This document shows, piece by piece, positions 16,209-28,594 of a DNA stretch of 64,000 nucleotides (its first letter is position 1; the number at the start of each line of letters is the position of its first letter). The DNA lies in assembly GCA_963693365.1 (NCBI GenBank), contig CAVNZM010000006.1, forward strand, positions 8,993,355 to 9,057,354, written 5' to 3'. The translations under genes and the position numbers were made by a program. Origin of the DNA: Amoebidium appalachense (taxonomy: Eukaryota; Protista; Ichthyosporea). A model generated the notes under the pieces. That model saw only the letters and a program-made list of their open reading frames with translations, was not told the DNA's origin and did not search any database.

Positions 16209-16281
16209 CAGAGAGGGGGAGAGAGTGATTGTGAGAGAGAGAGAGAGAGAGAAGAGAGATAGAGATAGAGAGCGAGAGAGA
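16072..16281. repeat. (AG)n microsatellite cluster interleaved with G-runs
   Basis: Direct reading. Confidence 0.9.
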
Positions 16282-16818
16282 GGGGGGGGGGGAGAGGGGG
16301 GGGGGGGGGGAGGGGACAGGGGTGAGAAGGCCGGGATGTGAGGCTTAATGCCATAGCACACGTGCACATAGCGCATTACGTGGGTATATGAGAATTGAAG
16401 TTGTTTTGCCAGGACCTGGTGATACGCAAACAATTTATTGGTAGGTAAGAACACACCCGAAACAACGCACACAAATCAAACTATGTAAATTCTTTTGCCG
16501 CACCTTCAAAACTTATTACTTGCTTTTGATTGGTGTTAGTAGTTTTTATTTATGGGCACGATGGGGGCCGTTAACAGGAAAACCGGAGAAAGGGCTGGAT
16601 ACGGAACTAACTAGCTAACTGGTGCTCATGCAATACTGTGATGTCAACAGAGTGTCCATTAAAAATTTGCATTTTCTAAAACAAAGTTGCCTATGATATT
16701 TCCCAGTTTAACTTAACGGAATTACTTGATTTAGTCACACTTCAAGCCACACACAGACCCAAACCACTGAGACCCCTCGGCACACCCATTCATACCCGCG
16801 CACCATTCGGGGTAGTTA

Positions 16819-18878
16819 TCACACCTTCCACATTTGTCGATGCACACACTTGCACTGTGGTTTGGGCTTATGGGGTGCGCAATCACAGTAAATGCCCTTA
16901 TATGGTGAATTAGGGTTGCATCCGTCGACTAGATTGCACCAGTTGTTTCCCTCACAACGGCGGTATGGATCTATGCATTTGCACTCGCACACCGCAGGAT
17001 AGGTTGGGGTAGGGTTTGGGGTACCAGTAGGTGTGGGCGTGGGTGTTGGTGTGGGTCTGCGTGTAGGTGTGGGGGTGGGTGTGAGGGAGCGCGTTGTTGT
17101 GGTTGTAGCCTTGGGTGTGGGGTTGGGTGTGGGGGTGGGTTTTGATTTGCAGCCGCAAACTGAATCCTTCCACTTTGAACCCTGAGCACACCCATTGGAC
17201 CTCTCACACCAGTCCGGATAGTTGGTGCATCGACGATAGGGATCGATACACACATTTTTTTAATTTTTTTTATATTAATTTTATCCCGTTTCACTCCCGG
17301 CGAGGCACTGCCTCAGGGGAGCTTACCGTCTTCCGCCTAGACACAGATCGTACTGTATAGCACATTCATAAGTCAGGATTCTAATTGACCCCAACTGGCA
17401 CTATTTTTAGTTACGCCTTATCCCACGGTTCTAGCCGCAGCAACGCTAGTGGGGAAGTGAGCACAGCTCACTTTAGCAACACCAGCCGGGAGCGACCCGG
17501 GACACATACACAAACAAAAAGACTTGAAAGGGGAAGACCCCATGCCCAGGACGCTGACCCGAACCGTGGCCGGTGACTCGGATTGGTCTCCCACTTGAAC
17601 GTTGGGCTGGGATGCCCAAGCGGCGCGCCGTCGACGTCAGAGGGCCGGTGCTGTTCATGACGTCATGTCTTGCGGCCGGATGATAACAAATTGGTGGTGC
17701 CTTGACGTGGTCTGGGGTGATGGCTTCTAGGGGGCGGCCAGATTGGTGGACCGTCGAGGGGATCGATACACACTCACTCACAGGGTGTCTGGGTGGGTGT
17801 GCTGGTGGTGGTGGTAGGTTTGGGTGTAGGCTTTCTGGTGGTGGTGGTGGTGGTGGTGGTGGTGGTTGGTTACGCCGGATTTGCGTTCTCCCATATGAAG
17901 TTTGCATAAGCGAGTTTGTTTGCCAATGGGGTGTCGGCATCGAGTTTGGTGATACGCCCCCTCACAGCACCGTTAATCACAGCACGTGTGACCTGCGTGT
18001 GTTCCTGTGCGTCAGTGTGTGGAAATATTCACCGCGTGTATATTAAGTGCTTTTCAGATATTATGGGGTTATTGCCAAAGGGAAACTTACATGGGGTGTA
18101 CAAAGCTTACACATACTATTGCGGTGTAAATATAGCACTGATTTTTTGTGAGCAGGATGTGCAAGTAAGATATTTTGGAGGGGTTTCAAGTTCGAGTGCA
18201 CGTGTTTGTGTCTTTGTGCACGTGTTGTATCGGTTTTCTCGCATGTGTATCGCAATATGGTGATCACACGTTGTGTGCACCTATTTTTTCAAGTACGTTT
18301 ATCATTATTGTTAGAACCAAGAGCTAAATATATGCACGTAACAACCACTAGCTGCACCTCGTCGTTATGTTACTCGTAAAACCTTTCGCATGCGCCACTG
18401 ATACACCAATCTTCTTCATGGGGCATGCACGTGCACAGTCTCACCTCCATAGCGCTGGCCTGTGGGTGCTGTGCACGGTAGAGGGCAGCCAGTCCGGCCA
18501 CATGGGGGCAGGCCATGGATGTGCCGTACATGGTGGCTGTGCCCCCCCCAGGCGCTAGAGACCTGCAAAATCCCGTATTTTCGTCAGTCTGGATTCGGAT
18601 AATTTGATTTTCCAGTGCTTATAGATTTGTGTGGCGGAGAATGGGTCTGTGGGTAGAACAGATGGGAGGGGAAATTGGGGGGGGGGGGGGAGGTGGGGAG
18701 GAAGGGGTGGGGGGGCGCGGGGGGAGGGGGGGGGGGGGGGGGGTTGGTCGTCGGCAGGAGTTGATTTACAGGATAGGCCCCCGGAAGGACTTAGGTGAGG
18801 CGGCCGTGAGGGGGCCCAAGAGGGAGTGGCACATGGGAGTGTTGCGCAGTTGAGAGCGCAGGAAGTAAAGAAAAGCAT

Positions 18879-18920
<42 letters not shown>

Positions 18921-18983
18921 CTTTTTCCTTTTCTTTTCTTTTCTTTCATTCTTTCTTTCTTTCTTTCTTTCTTTTTTTTTTTT

Positions 18984-19014
<31 letters not shown>

Positions 19015-19887
19015 GGATGAAGAACAAAGGGGAGGGCTAACGTGCTGGAGGATAACGAGTTTTCATATCGAAGAGGGGGAGGGGTGGGTGGGTGGGTGGG
19101 GGGGAGTGCCGGGAGGGGCCCAGGGTTGGGGTAGGGTGGGGTTGAGGGGAGGGAGGGGCGGAGCACCGGGCGGGGGGGGGGAGAGGGGCGGGAGCGGGCA
19201 TGGGAGGTTTGGCAGGGATTGGGGGGAGGGGGGGGGGGTGGGGCGGGGGGAAGGGAGGGGGGATCCACCAAACCAGTTATCCATAATGTTTCGATTCTTG
19301 CAACATGCGCCTGAAATAATGCATACTATAAAATTGAGAGTTTCAGTTTAAAAAGGCGCCATCTTGGCAGTTTATATTATCAAAGGAAAGAGACTTGCAG
19401 TGCGAGGGGTGCAAGTGGTACTTACTCAGCGTGTGAGCCTGGAGCCAGTATATCCACACACCTGTGGGATATCATATAAGGAAATGTCTTTGGAACCGGA
19501 ATAAAGAGCATCGGTTCGAACGAGTTTTATTACTAATAGCCAGGAGGGACAGTAAGGGTGGTACAAGTGATATGCAACGAATAGCTTGCATGAATCTCAG
19601 AGCGACCGTGCACAACCAGGCAATTTGTTACAGAAAAGACCACCTTTATAACACAAATAAAATGCTCACTCACACAGGTTGGGCACAACTAAAAACATAA
19701 GCAAATTCATCTGTGCAGGCACACGTTTGGACACCTTAACAACTGCATACAAAACGCACTGCCCACAGCAATACACACAAAGACACTCACCCCATACACA
19801 TTGCAACACTTCTTTTCCCTGCGTGTCTAGTACTCAAACACACACCCGCGCACGAACACGCACACGCACGCACGCGCGTGCGTGCGT

Positions 19888-19985
<98 letters not shown>

Positions 19986-20014
19986 ACCCACACAAACACA
20001 CACACAAACACGCA

Positions 20015-20087
<73 letters not shown>

Positions 20088-22677
20088 GCACACGCACACG
20101 CACACGCACACGCACACGCACACGCACACGTACACGCACACGCACACGCACACGCACACCCAAAATCCCTCACTCTCTCTTGCTCCCGTTCTCTCGCCCT
20201 CTTTCATCTCTCCTTCTCGTTCCTCTTCCTCCCTCTTCCCCCCCCCCCCCTCTCTGCCGCCCTCTATCTATCCCCCCCTCTCCCTCTCTCCCTCTCTTTT
20301 CTCCTCCTCTTGCCCATCCCTCCCCCCTCCCTTCCCCCCCCTCCCCATCCGCGCCTCTCTCAGAGATCTATCTCTCTCTGCTCTGCCCCCCCCCTCCTCC
20401 CCCCTCCTTCCCAACTCCCCCCCCCCCCCCCCCCCCCCCCCCCCAACAATACCCCCCGCCCCTCACTCCCCTACCTCAATCCCCCCCTCCCTCCCTCCCT
20501 CCCCATCCTCCCTTCCTCCTCTCTCTCTTCCCCCTCTCCCCCCCCCATCCCTCTCCCTCCTTCCTCCTTCCCTCCCTCCCTCCCTTGCTCCTTCCCTCCT
20601 TTCCTCCCCCCCCATCTTCCTTGCGCTTTCTCTCTCGCCCTCCCATCCCCCCCCCACCCCAACCCCCGTCTCTCTACCTTTATCTTACTTACACACCGCA
20701 ACAACCATGTACGCTCATCACCCACCTGCCCCAGTTTGAAAAATCAGCCTTTGCATCGTTGCTGTCTGTAGCCCCCACTGTGATTGCGTTTGGTGCCGAT
20801 GCAGGGGACACACGGCATGCATGAATGTTAAGGTTGCCTGCTGCAACCACCACCACAATGTCGTTCTCGATGGCATACTGGATGGTGTGTTGAGTGCCTG
20901 CATTTGTAATGATCAGGGTTAGGAAAGTGACGGTGTGCCATCCCCTTCAAGTGTAATAATGGTATCCGAATTCAATTGATATGTTCATTATGTGCACCTA
21001 AGACGAAAAGCCCTTGAGAGGAGATTGGTAAAGAAAAGCGCTCATGAGCGGGGAGAAGGACCAACGGTGCCGCCGGGAGACGGGGGGGGCTGAGGGGGAG
21101 GGGGGCAGTTTTTTATTTATTATTTTTTTTTTGGGGGGGTTTGGGGGGGGTTGGGGGAGGGGGGAGGGGGGAGGAGGAAAGAGTAGGGGGGGGGGAGGGG
21201 GGCAGGGGGGAGGGGAGAGGGGGAGGAAAGAGGAGGGGAGAGGGAGGGGGAGGGGGTGGGGGAGAGGGGGGAGGAGAAAAGGGAGAAGGGCAGATTAAGG
21301 ACAGACGAGTATCAGAGCTATCAGCCGTGCAATGGTTAATTCTACCAGATAGCCTTGGAAGAGGAGTGTAAGCATAAGGGAGCAGACGAAAGGAAGGAGG
21401 GGCATGGGGGCGCCCAAAGCCGCGGTCCCGGGAGAGGGAGGGGGAGGGAAAGGGGGGAGAGGGGGAGGGGAGGGGGCCCCGGGGGGGGGGGGAGAAGACA
21501 GCATACCGCCGAATAGCCGCCACCAAGTGACATGGATATTACGGCAGGACGGTTCAGATCTCTGTTCTTGACCACCCAGTCGATGCCTCCGATGGTGAAG
21601 GAGTTGTCCCCATATCCATTATTACGCAGAACCTGGGGGGTTGAATCCGCATCAGTCGAACGTGGATGTGCTAAGCATTTCACATGCTCCGGAATAGAGC
21701 AGCCCAAGTGCTACTTGACTTGATAATACCACAAACTGTAACTGTTTATCCATGGCTGCCCACGACTTCGATGAAATAGCGTACAAATTATTGCGGCAAA
21801 TTAGTTATCTATGTAGTACTGTAACAATAACATCACAGGGTGCCCAACAAATATTCTTCTTAGTTCCTGATCTAGGCGCAGTAAGTTTCAGCCCGAGGAC
21901 ATTTGTCTGCAGACACATAGATGTTCAGAAGCGCAAAATGAAACATCAAGTAAAAAAATAGCAGCCTGTTGTGTTTCACCACATAGTGACCCAAATAAGT
22001 ACTATACGTGTATCGAGTACAAAATTTCAAACTGTGCCACACCCACCTTAACACCATACAGCTTGATTTGGTTGCCACACCGTATTCACGTGAGCCGACT
22101 GTGCCTGGAAGCATACCGGCGGATTAGCAGTAGCAGGTGCTAGACTCTACCCCCGTGCAAAAAACTATAAACATCGAAGCACCTATTTACAACATGCCAT
22201 AACTGGTTTAAGTTACATAGGCTCAGGACTCTGTGGCACCTTCTACCCTAAGGCTTCGAGCATTATTACACTTTCACGAATCAATGAGCTATCACTGTGT
22301 GCACGTATTTGTAATTCTTGCACCTGCCTGCACAGTGGGTGCCATGGCCGTTCTGGTCGTCGTTCTGGTTGGCAATCTGGGAGTGCACCTGCCATGCCCT
22401 GCTCTCGAACTGGGGATGAGCATCGTAGATGCCCGTATCTGCAGAGGCACGTGTGAATGAGGCGGCACGGATCCATTATCATGACTAACATTAGCCAGAC
22501 CGCTAATCAGCCCTGCATATTACTCTGCATCCGATGTTTCACGGAGGGTTGACTACGGTAACCGGAGTGATGTCTGCTAATGGCAACAAAACGTACCGAA
22601 CATTTTCTTCCACTATCTATCTGTAACGACTCGATCAATCAATAATACCGGGGCAGCCGTGTACCGGGGGTATAGGG

Positions 22678-22714
<37 letters not shown>

Positions 22715-23849
22715 GGGGGGGTGCACGTGGCCCGGGGAGGGGAAGCAGCAACGGATTCACTCGGATCATGAGCTCGAGGTGCTCATAATAATATATTATA
22801 CCACTGTGGCATAGGAGTCGATGTGCTCTGACGTCGACATCCACGGTACCCATCTTGTAAATTAAGAGAATGCCCGATATGGGACCACAGGAATATTATA
22901 CACTGTTGGCGGTGGAATATCCAGAAGCTAACTCGGGCCTGAGGCAAGGCGTGAGTCCCAATAAAAACTTTGATGATGCCATGATCATTGATATGAGCGA
23001 GGAAGCTTCGTAAGGGGCGGGGCCGGGCCAGGGGGGGAGGAGGGGGGGGAAGGGGGGAGGGGGGGAGATCTCGAGCGGGGGGGTGCAGGTGGGGAGGTGT
23101 TTACCTAAAACATATACGTCCACTTCCGCGCCAGTGGCATTGAAGGTTGCCTCATAGTCCAGCGGCAGGTCGGCTGGTTGATGCGATCAATGCCCCACGT
23201 CATGGCAGGCCGCAGAAAGCTTTAATCGAGTAGATCTGCACCTCCTCCACCAGTCGCACAGAGTCGTCCAGGCGAATGCTCTCAAGTTCGTTAGGCGAAA
23301 GGTTCATTGCAACCATACTGAGGGAGTAGAACACCTTGGGCTGTGTAAAAGGAGATGGCACGGTCACCAGAAATTCATGTAGCTATAGCTATAACCATTA
23401 ATAATATTAATGAATATTCGACCGATTGCGAAGACTTTATCCGGTCAAGACGTATAAGTCTATCTATGCTCCATCTACTTTGACAGGCCCATGGCCACCT
23501 CATGATCATGTTCACCATGCCAAATGAAACAAATCTCGTCCCAATTTGTACCAACGCAGCTCACCGGGCTCACCAACACCTCAGCTAAAGGCTTAGCAAA
23601 ACCCCTTTCGATATCCCCCAAAGACACATTGAAATATCCCCCATGGCTAGATCTGTGTACGTACCTTCCCCAAAGGCTCGCCCGCAGTGTCTGCCCCACG
23701 TGCCCTCATGACCCGGTGGACATACTGGTTGACGGCCTGCGCACTTGTGTCTGGGTCAAACTGCACAATGTATTTGCCGCGCACCACACTCTTGCGGTCA
23801 CTGGCACGAAGCAGGGGCGACCGGCCGGGCATCGCCAAAACCACCTGTC
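16819..23849 (-). pseudogene. Disrupted proteinase K/aqualysin-like S8 subtilisin (I9 prodomain + catalytic domain + Pro/Thr linker + Cys-rich repeats)
   Basis: Exons 23849-23665 (GKYIVQF), 23340-23105 (TWGIDRINQ/DLPLD..VDVYVL), 22438-22328 (DTG..GHGTHCAG), 22104-22047, 21632-21507 (SMSLGG), 20897-20726 (VVAAGN..SPASAP..TVGA), 19461-19426, 18562-18445 (GTSMACPHVAG), 17992-16819. Four single-base deletions, in-frame TAA (17870-17872) and TGA (17774-17776), and an insertion at 17254-17758. The signal-peptide exon was not found. Confidence 0.85.
17254..17758 (-). mobile_element. 505-bp non-LTR retroposon insertion (5'-truncated LINE or SINE) with A-rich tail and 15-bp target-site duplication
   Basis: Exact direct repeat gggatcgatacacac at 17239-17253 and 17759-17773. 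T-rich tract at 17255-17282 forms an A-tail on the - strand. Excising the insert and one TSD restores ..VCIDPYRRC.. in frame. Confidence 0.88.
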
Positions 23850-25506
23850 CTGCAAAGAGCTGTGGCCAACAGGCCGCTCACTGCAAGTTGTTGAAGCATC
23901 TTCCAGCCAGCAGGTTGAAGAAAATTCGATATCCCAATGCCCCTACTGTAGGAGATTAGTAAAACAACAGGGATAGATGGGCTGTTGTTCCTTGACCTCA
24001 TTATATTTGTCCTGAAATTTTGAAAAGCTCAACAGAGTGCAGCAGTGTTGAGTCCAACGGGCAAAGCAGCAACTCGATTCGTTGATCTATCAGGATCTAG
24101 ATTGAGAAAAGCGGTCGTCGATAACGATTGGATCAAAACTGCGAATCTACTCCAATCTACCATGGCATGCCATACCTATTAGTGGATCTCTCTCCACGAA
24201 TCAGCCTGAACGTTTTCATTTCGCGGACTCTTGCGCGGCAGTCTACAGACCGTCTGTCCGCAGTTCCGTTATATTACCAAGTTGCTTCCTTCGCCGGGCC
24301 TTCTGCCCTCAGGAGTACTATGTACATACTCCCACTAACGCAACCTATAAATTTCTGTAAACTCCATATGTGCTTAGTCGACATACATTATAATGTAAGG
24401 ATGCGTGGGCAGAGTACACATTGCACACAACATACGTGTGCACATGTACAGTGTCAGTAGTATGTATGTACATGTATGTGCATTGACGTAAAAAGTGTTT
24501 CAAGCATTGTACCGCACCGTGGTATTGGGTCTGGGACCACGAAGCTGCGAGAAACAAGTAGCTTTTCCGGCTTTTCACGTTCCTCCCGGGCCATGAGTTT
24601 TTGAAAAATAGATTGGGTCGACATCAGCCGATGTACGTATGACGGCTGCAGCTCGAGACTATGCGGGCCATGGTGCACAACGACGCCAGGACCCAAGGGT
24701 ACACGTGGCTTGCAAGCTTGCAAGCTTATACTTATGTGTGTAAGTTGCTTGGTTGTGAGTACGGTAAGTACTTTGTTTGAGAATCAATACGCATCTATAC
24801 GTCATAATGCAAGTCGATTACCTATATGTGCGTTGAAGCAAAAATCATGGGGTGCTGAGCTGGTGTAGCTCAGTATAGTCTCCAAGGCTTTGTACCCGCT
24901 GGCTTACGTAAGTGGCCGGGGCGGCCTACGGCGCTGCGGGACTGCGGCGACATACAAGGTATGTTATAGGCCGCAGGGAGACAGCCCTCAGAGTGACTAG
25001 TAGCTCAGCTAGTTAGGGCCCGAGAAATGATTTTGTATTTCTAGCCTTTTTTGGTAACCGCGCATTGAAAAGCTGACGACGTTACGTCACTGCTGAATTT
25101 GAAACTTCTTTTTGACATGTTGCCAATGCCAAGAGACACAGTCGGAAGTGGTGCTACGTAGGAGTTGCATACACTCAGTCTGATGCCTGCCTGAGTCCCT
25201 GTGACAGTTTCATCAGAGCTCAAAGTCACTGGTCGCATAGAAAACGAAAAAATAAGCGTACTGAGCAGAAAGTGTGTCGATTGAATGCAGACGGTAGCAC
25301 GGGTCGTTTGTCTACTGTTGAGTAATTGTGACTGAGGGACTGTTTGAAAAGGCTGCCAAAAGATGCGACGCAATAGACAGCAAGTGTGCCAGTAGCGACA
25401 GACTACGGCACGTGTGAGTTGTCTTTGCCTCATTTTCATCCTTAGCGGGTAAGCGAAAGGCGCGCTGACAACAACTTTTTTCTCCGTGAAACAGTTATCA
25501 AAGAAA

Positions 25507-26760
25507 ATGGCAAGTGTCAGCTGCACCCCCCTCCCCCCCCCTTTTCCTCCTTCTTAACCCCGCCTCCAGTCCCCTCTTATTGTCTTCCTTTCCCAACTGA
25601 TCATGCCGATGATTGCCATGTGTCTCTACAGCCACCACCAACACACGGAGTGAGCCCCCCCTCCCCCCGCCTTCTCCCTTAGTCATTTACATTTTTTTGA
25701 AAGGTCCCCCCCCCCCCCCCCCCCCCCCTCCCTCCCCCTCTTCTTTTGACCCTTTCCCTTTCCTTTTTGGTTCCAGGGGCCCTCATTGTCATGGTGTGAT
25801 TCGTCACAATTCTAACTCACTCCATCTACTTTCTATGTTTCGATCTGCATCTGAGGCTTTTAATCAACACCATTCTTGCAGGTGCACCCACGATTCCTGG
25901 AAATGGTGACAGCAATTGAAGGCGGGCACACAAATGCTGTGCAGCATTTGCTGGACGAAGGCATGACGGTCAAGTCTAAGATCAAGGTAACTGTGTCCAC
26001 TCTTCCGGCTGCTTACTGAATTGGTTGCATAAACGTTTGGGTGCACTTGGCCCAAAGGCGCAAGATCTGACATCATCGCAAATGCCTGCCCCCCCCCCCC
26101 CCCCCCCCCCCCCTCTTGCTGGGTTCCAACTGCCCTTGAATTGAATTGGAGGGGCCCCATATGTACACATTATGTTGACACGAAACTTGCACTAAAATTG
26201 AACATATATGCAGGCACTCAAACTGTTACAGTACAACACCCAGCAATTAATGGCGACAGCTAAATTCTCTATCCACCTCCTCTCCTGGCCAAAAAATCAA
26301 AATTTCAAAAGACCAATCAACCAACCAATATAAGACGGGCACGTTTAGATATGCGCAGGAACGGAAAGTACCTATGGTTAGATATAAAAAATTGCTCCTA
26401 TTATCAATTCAATTATTACACAACTATTCTGACTTAAACTAATCAGCGGGCGAAACGGGGGTGGGGGGAAAGGGGGGGGGGAGGGAGGGGAGGGGGTGGG
26501 GAGGGATATTGATTTTCGAGTTGTTCCTTTTCTGAAATGTCATATTGGCTAGGTATACAGCATAGAGCATGTGTGGGATGAAACCACCCTCCACCCCTGC
26601 CAAGTGTATTCATACAACCCCGCCTAACCATCCCTCCCCAGGAGGACATGACACCACTGCATGTTGCAGCCCAGGCAGGCCAGGAGGACATTGTGCGCCT
26701 GCTGCTGGCCCAGGGGGCAAAACCTAACGTTCCATGCATGGTGGGCATAACCCCTCCCCC

Positions 26761-26791
<31 letters not shown>

Positions 26792-27898
26792 AAAAAAATT
26801 TAAAAATTAAAAATAAAATAGTAATAATTACTAATAATATACACACACTGCTGCAGCAGGCCACTAACATGTGCACACAACATGACTGTTGGAAACATGA
26901 CAGCAACATTTTGTGATGTTATCATTAGCATACAGGAGGCTGGAGTAACAGAGTGACGTCTTCTCACAAGCACCCACACAGACATGCATGCACGCCCACA
27001 CACGCCGACACACACATGCACACACACACACACACCCGCACGGGCTTACACGTACTTTTTCAATCACCATACATTTCCCACCATTTGTCAATTGTCGAGC
27101 TCAACCAACTATTCGTCGTTTTTGCTTGTATTTTCACGAGTTTTTCATGTGCCCTGCTTCTGGTCGGAGCTAGGGTGCTAATAGATTTTTTCGTTCTGAA
27201 GATGTTTTTTGTCCCGCAACCTTCACTTTATCTCTTTACTTGACTTTACTCTGCCACGTGCGACTGTGGCCTTAGCCGCCGTATGAACAAGTCAACTCTG
27301 CTTACCTGTTTACTTGCCTTTACTCTGCCACGTGCGATTGTGGCCTCAGCCGCCGTATGAACAAGTCAACTCGCCACCTCTTTACTTGCCTTTACTCTGC
27401 CACGTGCGACTGTGGCCTCTGGCGAGTTGACTTGTTCATACGGCGGCTGAGGCCACAGTCGCACGTGGCAGAGTAAAGGCAAGTAAAGAGGTAAAGTGAA
27501 GGTAGCGGACAAAAAACATCTATTTTTCAAGGGTATGAGTTGGCGCGTGATCATTTGCTTCAGAAGGAAAGTTTTGTCAGCCTTGAAAAATAAGAGCTAC
27601 CTCCAAAGGTAGCAGGACTTAACTTCTTCACCTTCTTCACCTTCACTTTGTTCCTTTACCTTTACCCTTCCAGTTTCGTTACCCTCCACCCCCCCCCCCC
27701 CCCCCCCCCCCTCCGTTTTTTTTGTCATGTCTTTTTTTGCAGGCGGATGGCAAACAGTCGTCACTCCACTATGCAGTTGCAGGCAGGCACGTGGGTGCGG
27801 CCCGTGTATTGCTTGAGAACGGAGCCAACATCATTGACAAGCGGCAGGTAGGCGTTACGTCATGTTGAGAAACCCAAAAATATACCCCCCCCCCCCCC

Positions 27899-27939
<41 letters not shown>

Positions 27940-28555
27940 GAGAAAAAGAACTGTATTTTCCAGAACACTGCCGTTAAGATATACGGAATCCCAAAGAGTT
28001 GAGATTAGGAGCAGAGCCATCTGCAGGCTGCTGTCCTTGTTGCTTCGTTGTTTTTGGTTTTCTTTTTTTGTGCCGTCAAAGTGGGAGTCTGAAGGATAAT
28101 GAGGGGAAAGATGTTGTTTTCATTGGAGTAGTGGAGGAGGAGGAGGAGAGGGGGGGGGGGGGGGGGGAGGGGGGGGAGGTGGGGGGGGAGGGGAAGGTGA
28201 AGGGTGGCGTTGAAGGGGGAGGGGGGGAGAGAGAGGGGAGAAGGGGGACGTGGGTAGGAGGTCCCAAGGAATGAATGGCAGGTATGAAGCATGCCTCCGC
28301 ATAAAGTGTTCACTGGAAATACCCCCGCCCCCCTCCCCTTGGTTCCCCCCTCCTCCCCCCCCCTCCCCCTGCCCATTAATCATCATCGGTCCCTCTGCCT
28401 CCCTCCCCTCCTGCGTCTCCACCTCTCACCCCCTCCCCCTCTATGATGCAGGATGGGCAAACAGTGCTGCACATAGCTGCAGCCAGTGGCTGTGCCGAGA
28501 TGGTGACTCTGCTGATGGCCTTTGGTGCCAATCCAGCAACTAAAGAAGTGGTCCA

Positions 28556-28594
<39 letters not shown>

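Noticed and set aside
17774-17872. Alternative genetic code (TGA=Cys, TAA=Gln) suggested by the in-frame stops in the subtilisin tail
   Set aside because: PDS5 ends on TAA, the subtilisin tail ends on TGA, and no in-frame stops appear in the many other exons. Gene decay explains the stops better.
24854-25014. tRNA-like or Pol III gene (tagctcag twice, small hairpins)
   Set aside because: No GTTCRA B-box/T-arm and no cloverleaf could be built.
25041-25526. 161-aa - strand ORF
   Set aside because: No motifs or splice context; it overlaps the likely promoter/5' region of paralogue 2.
27230-27420. CRISPR-like array
   Set aside because: The units are contiguous with no unique spacers, lie in a eukaryotic intron, and no cas genes are present. 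The same applies to 30970-31800 and 35431-35630.
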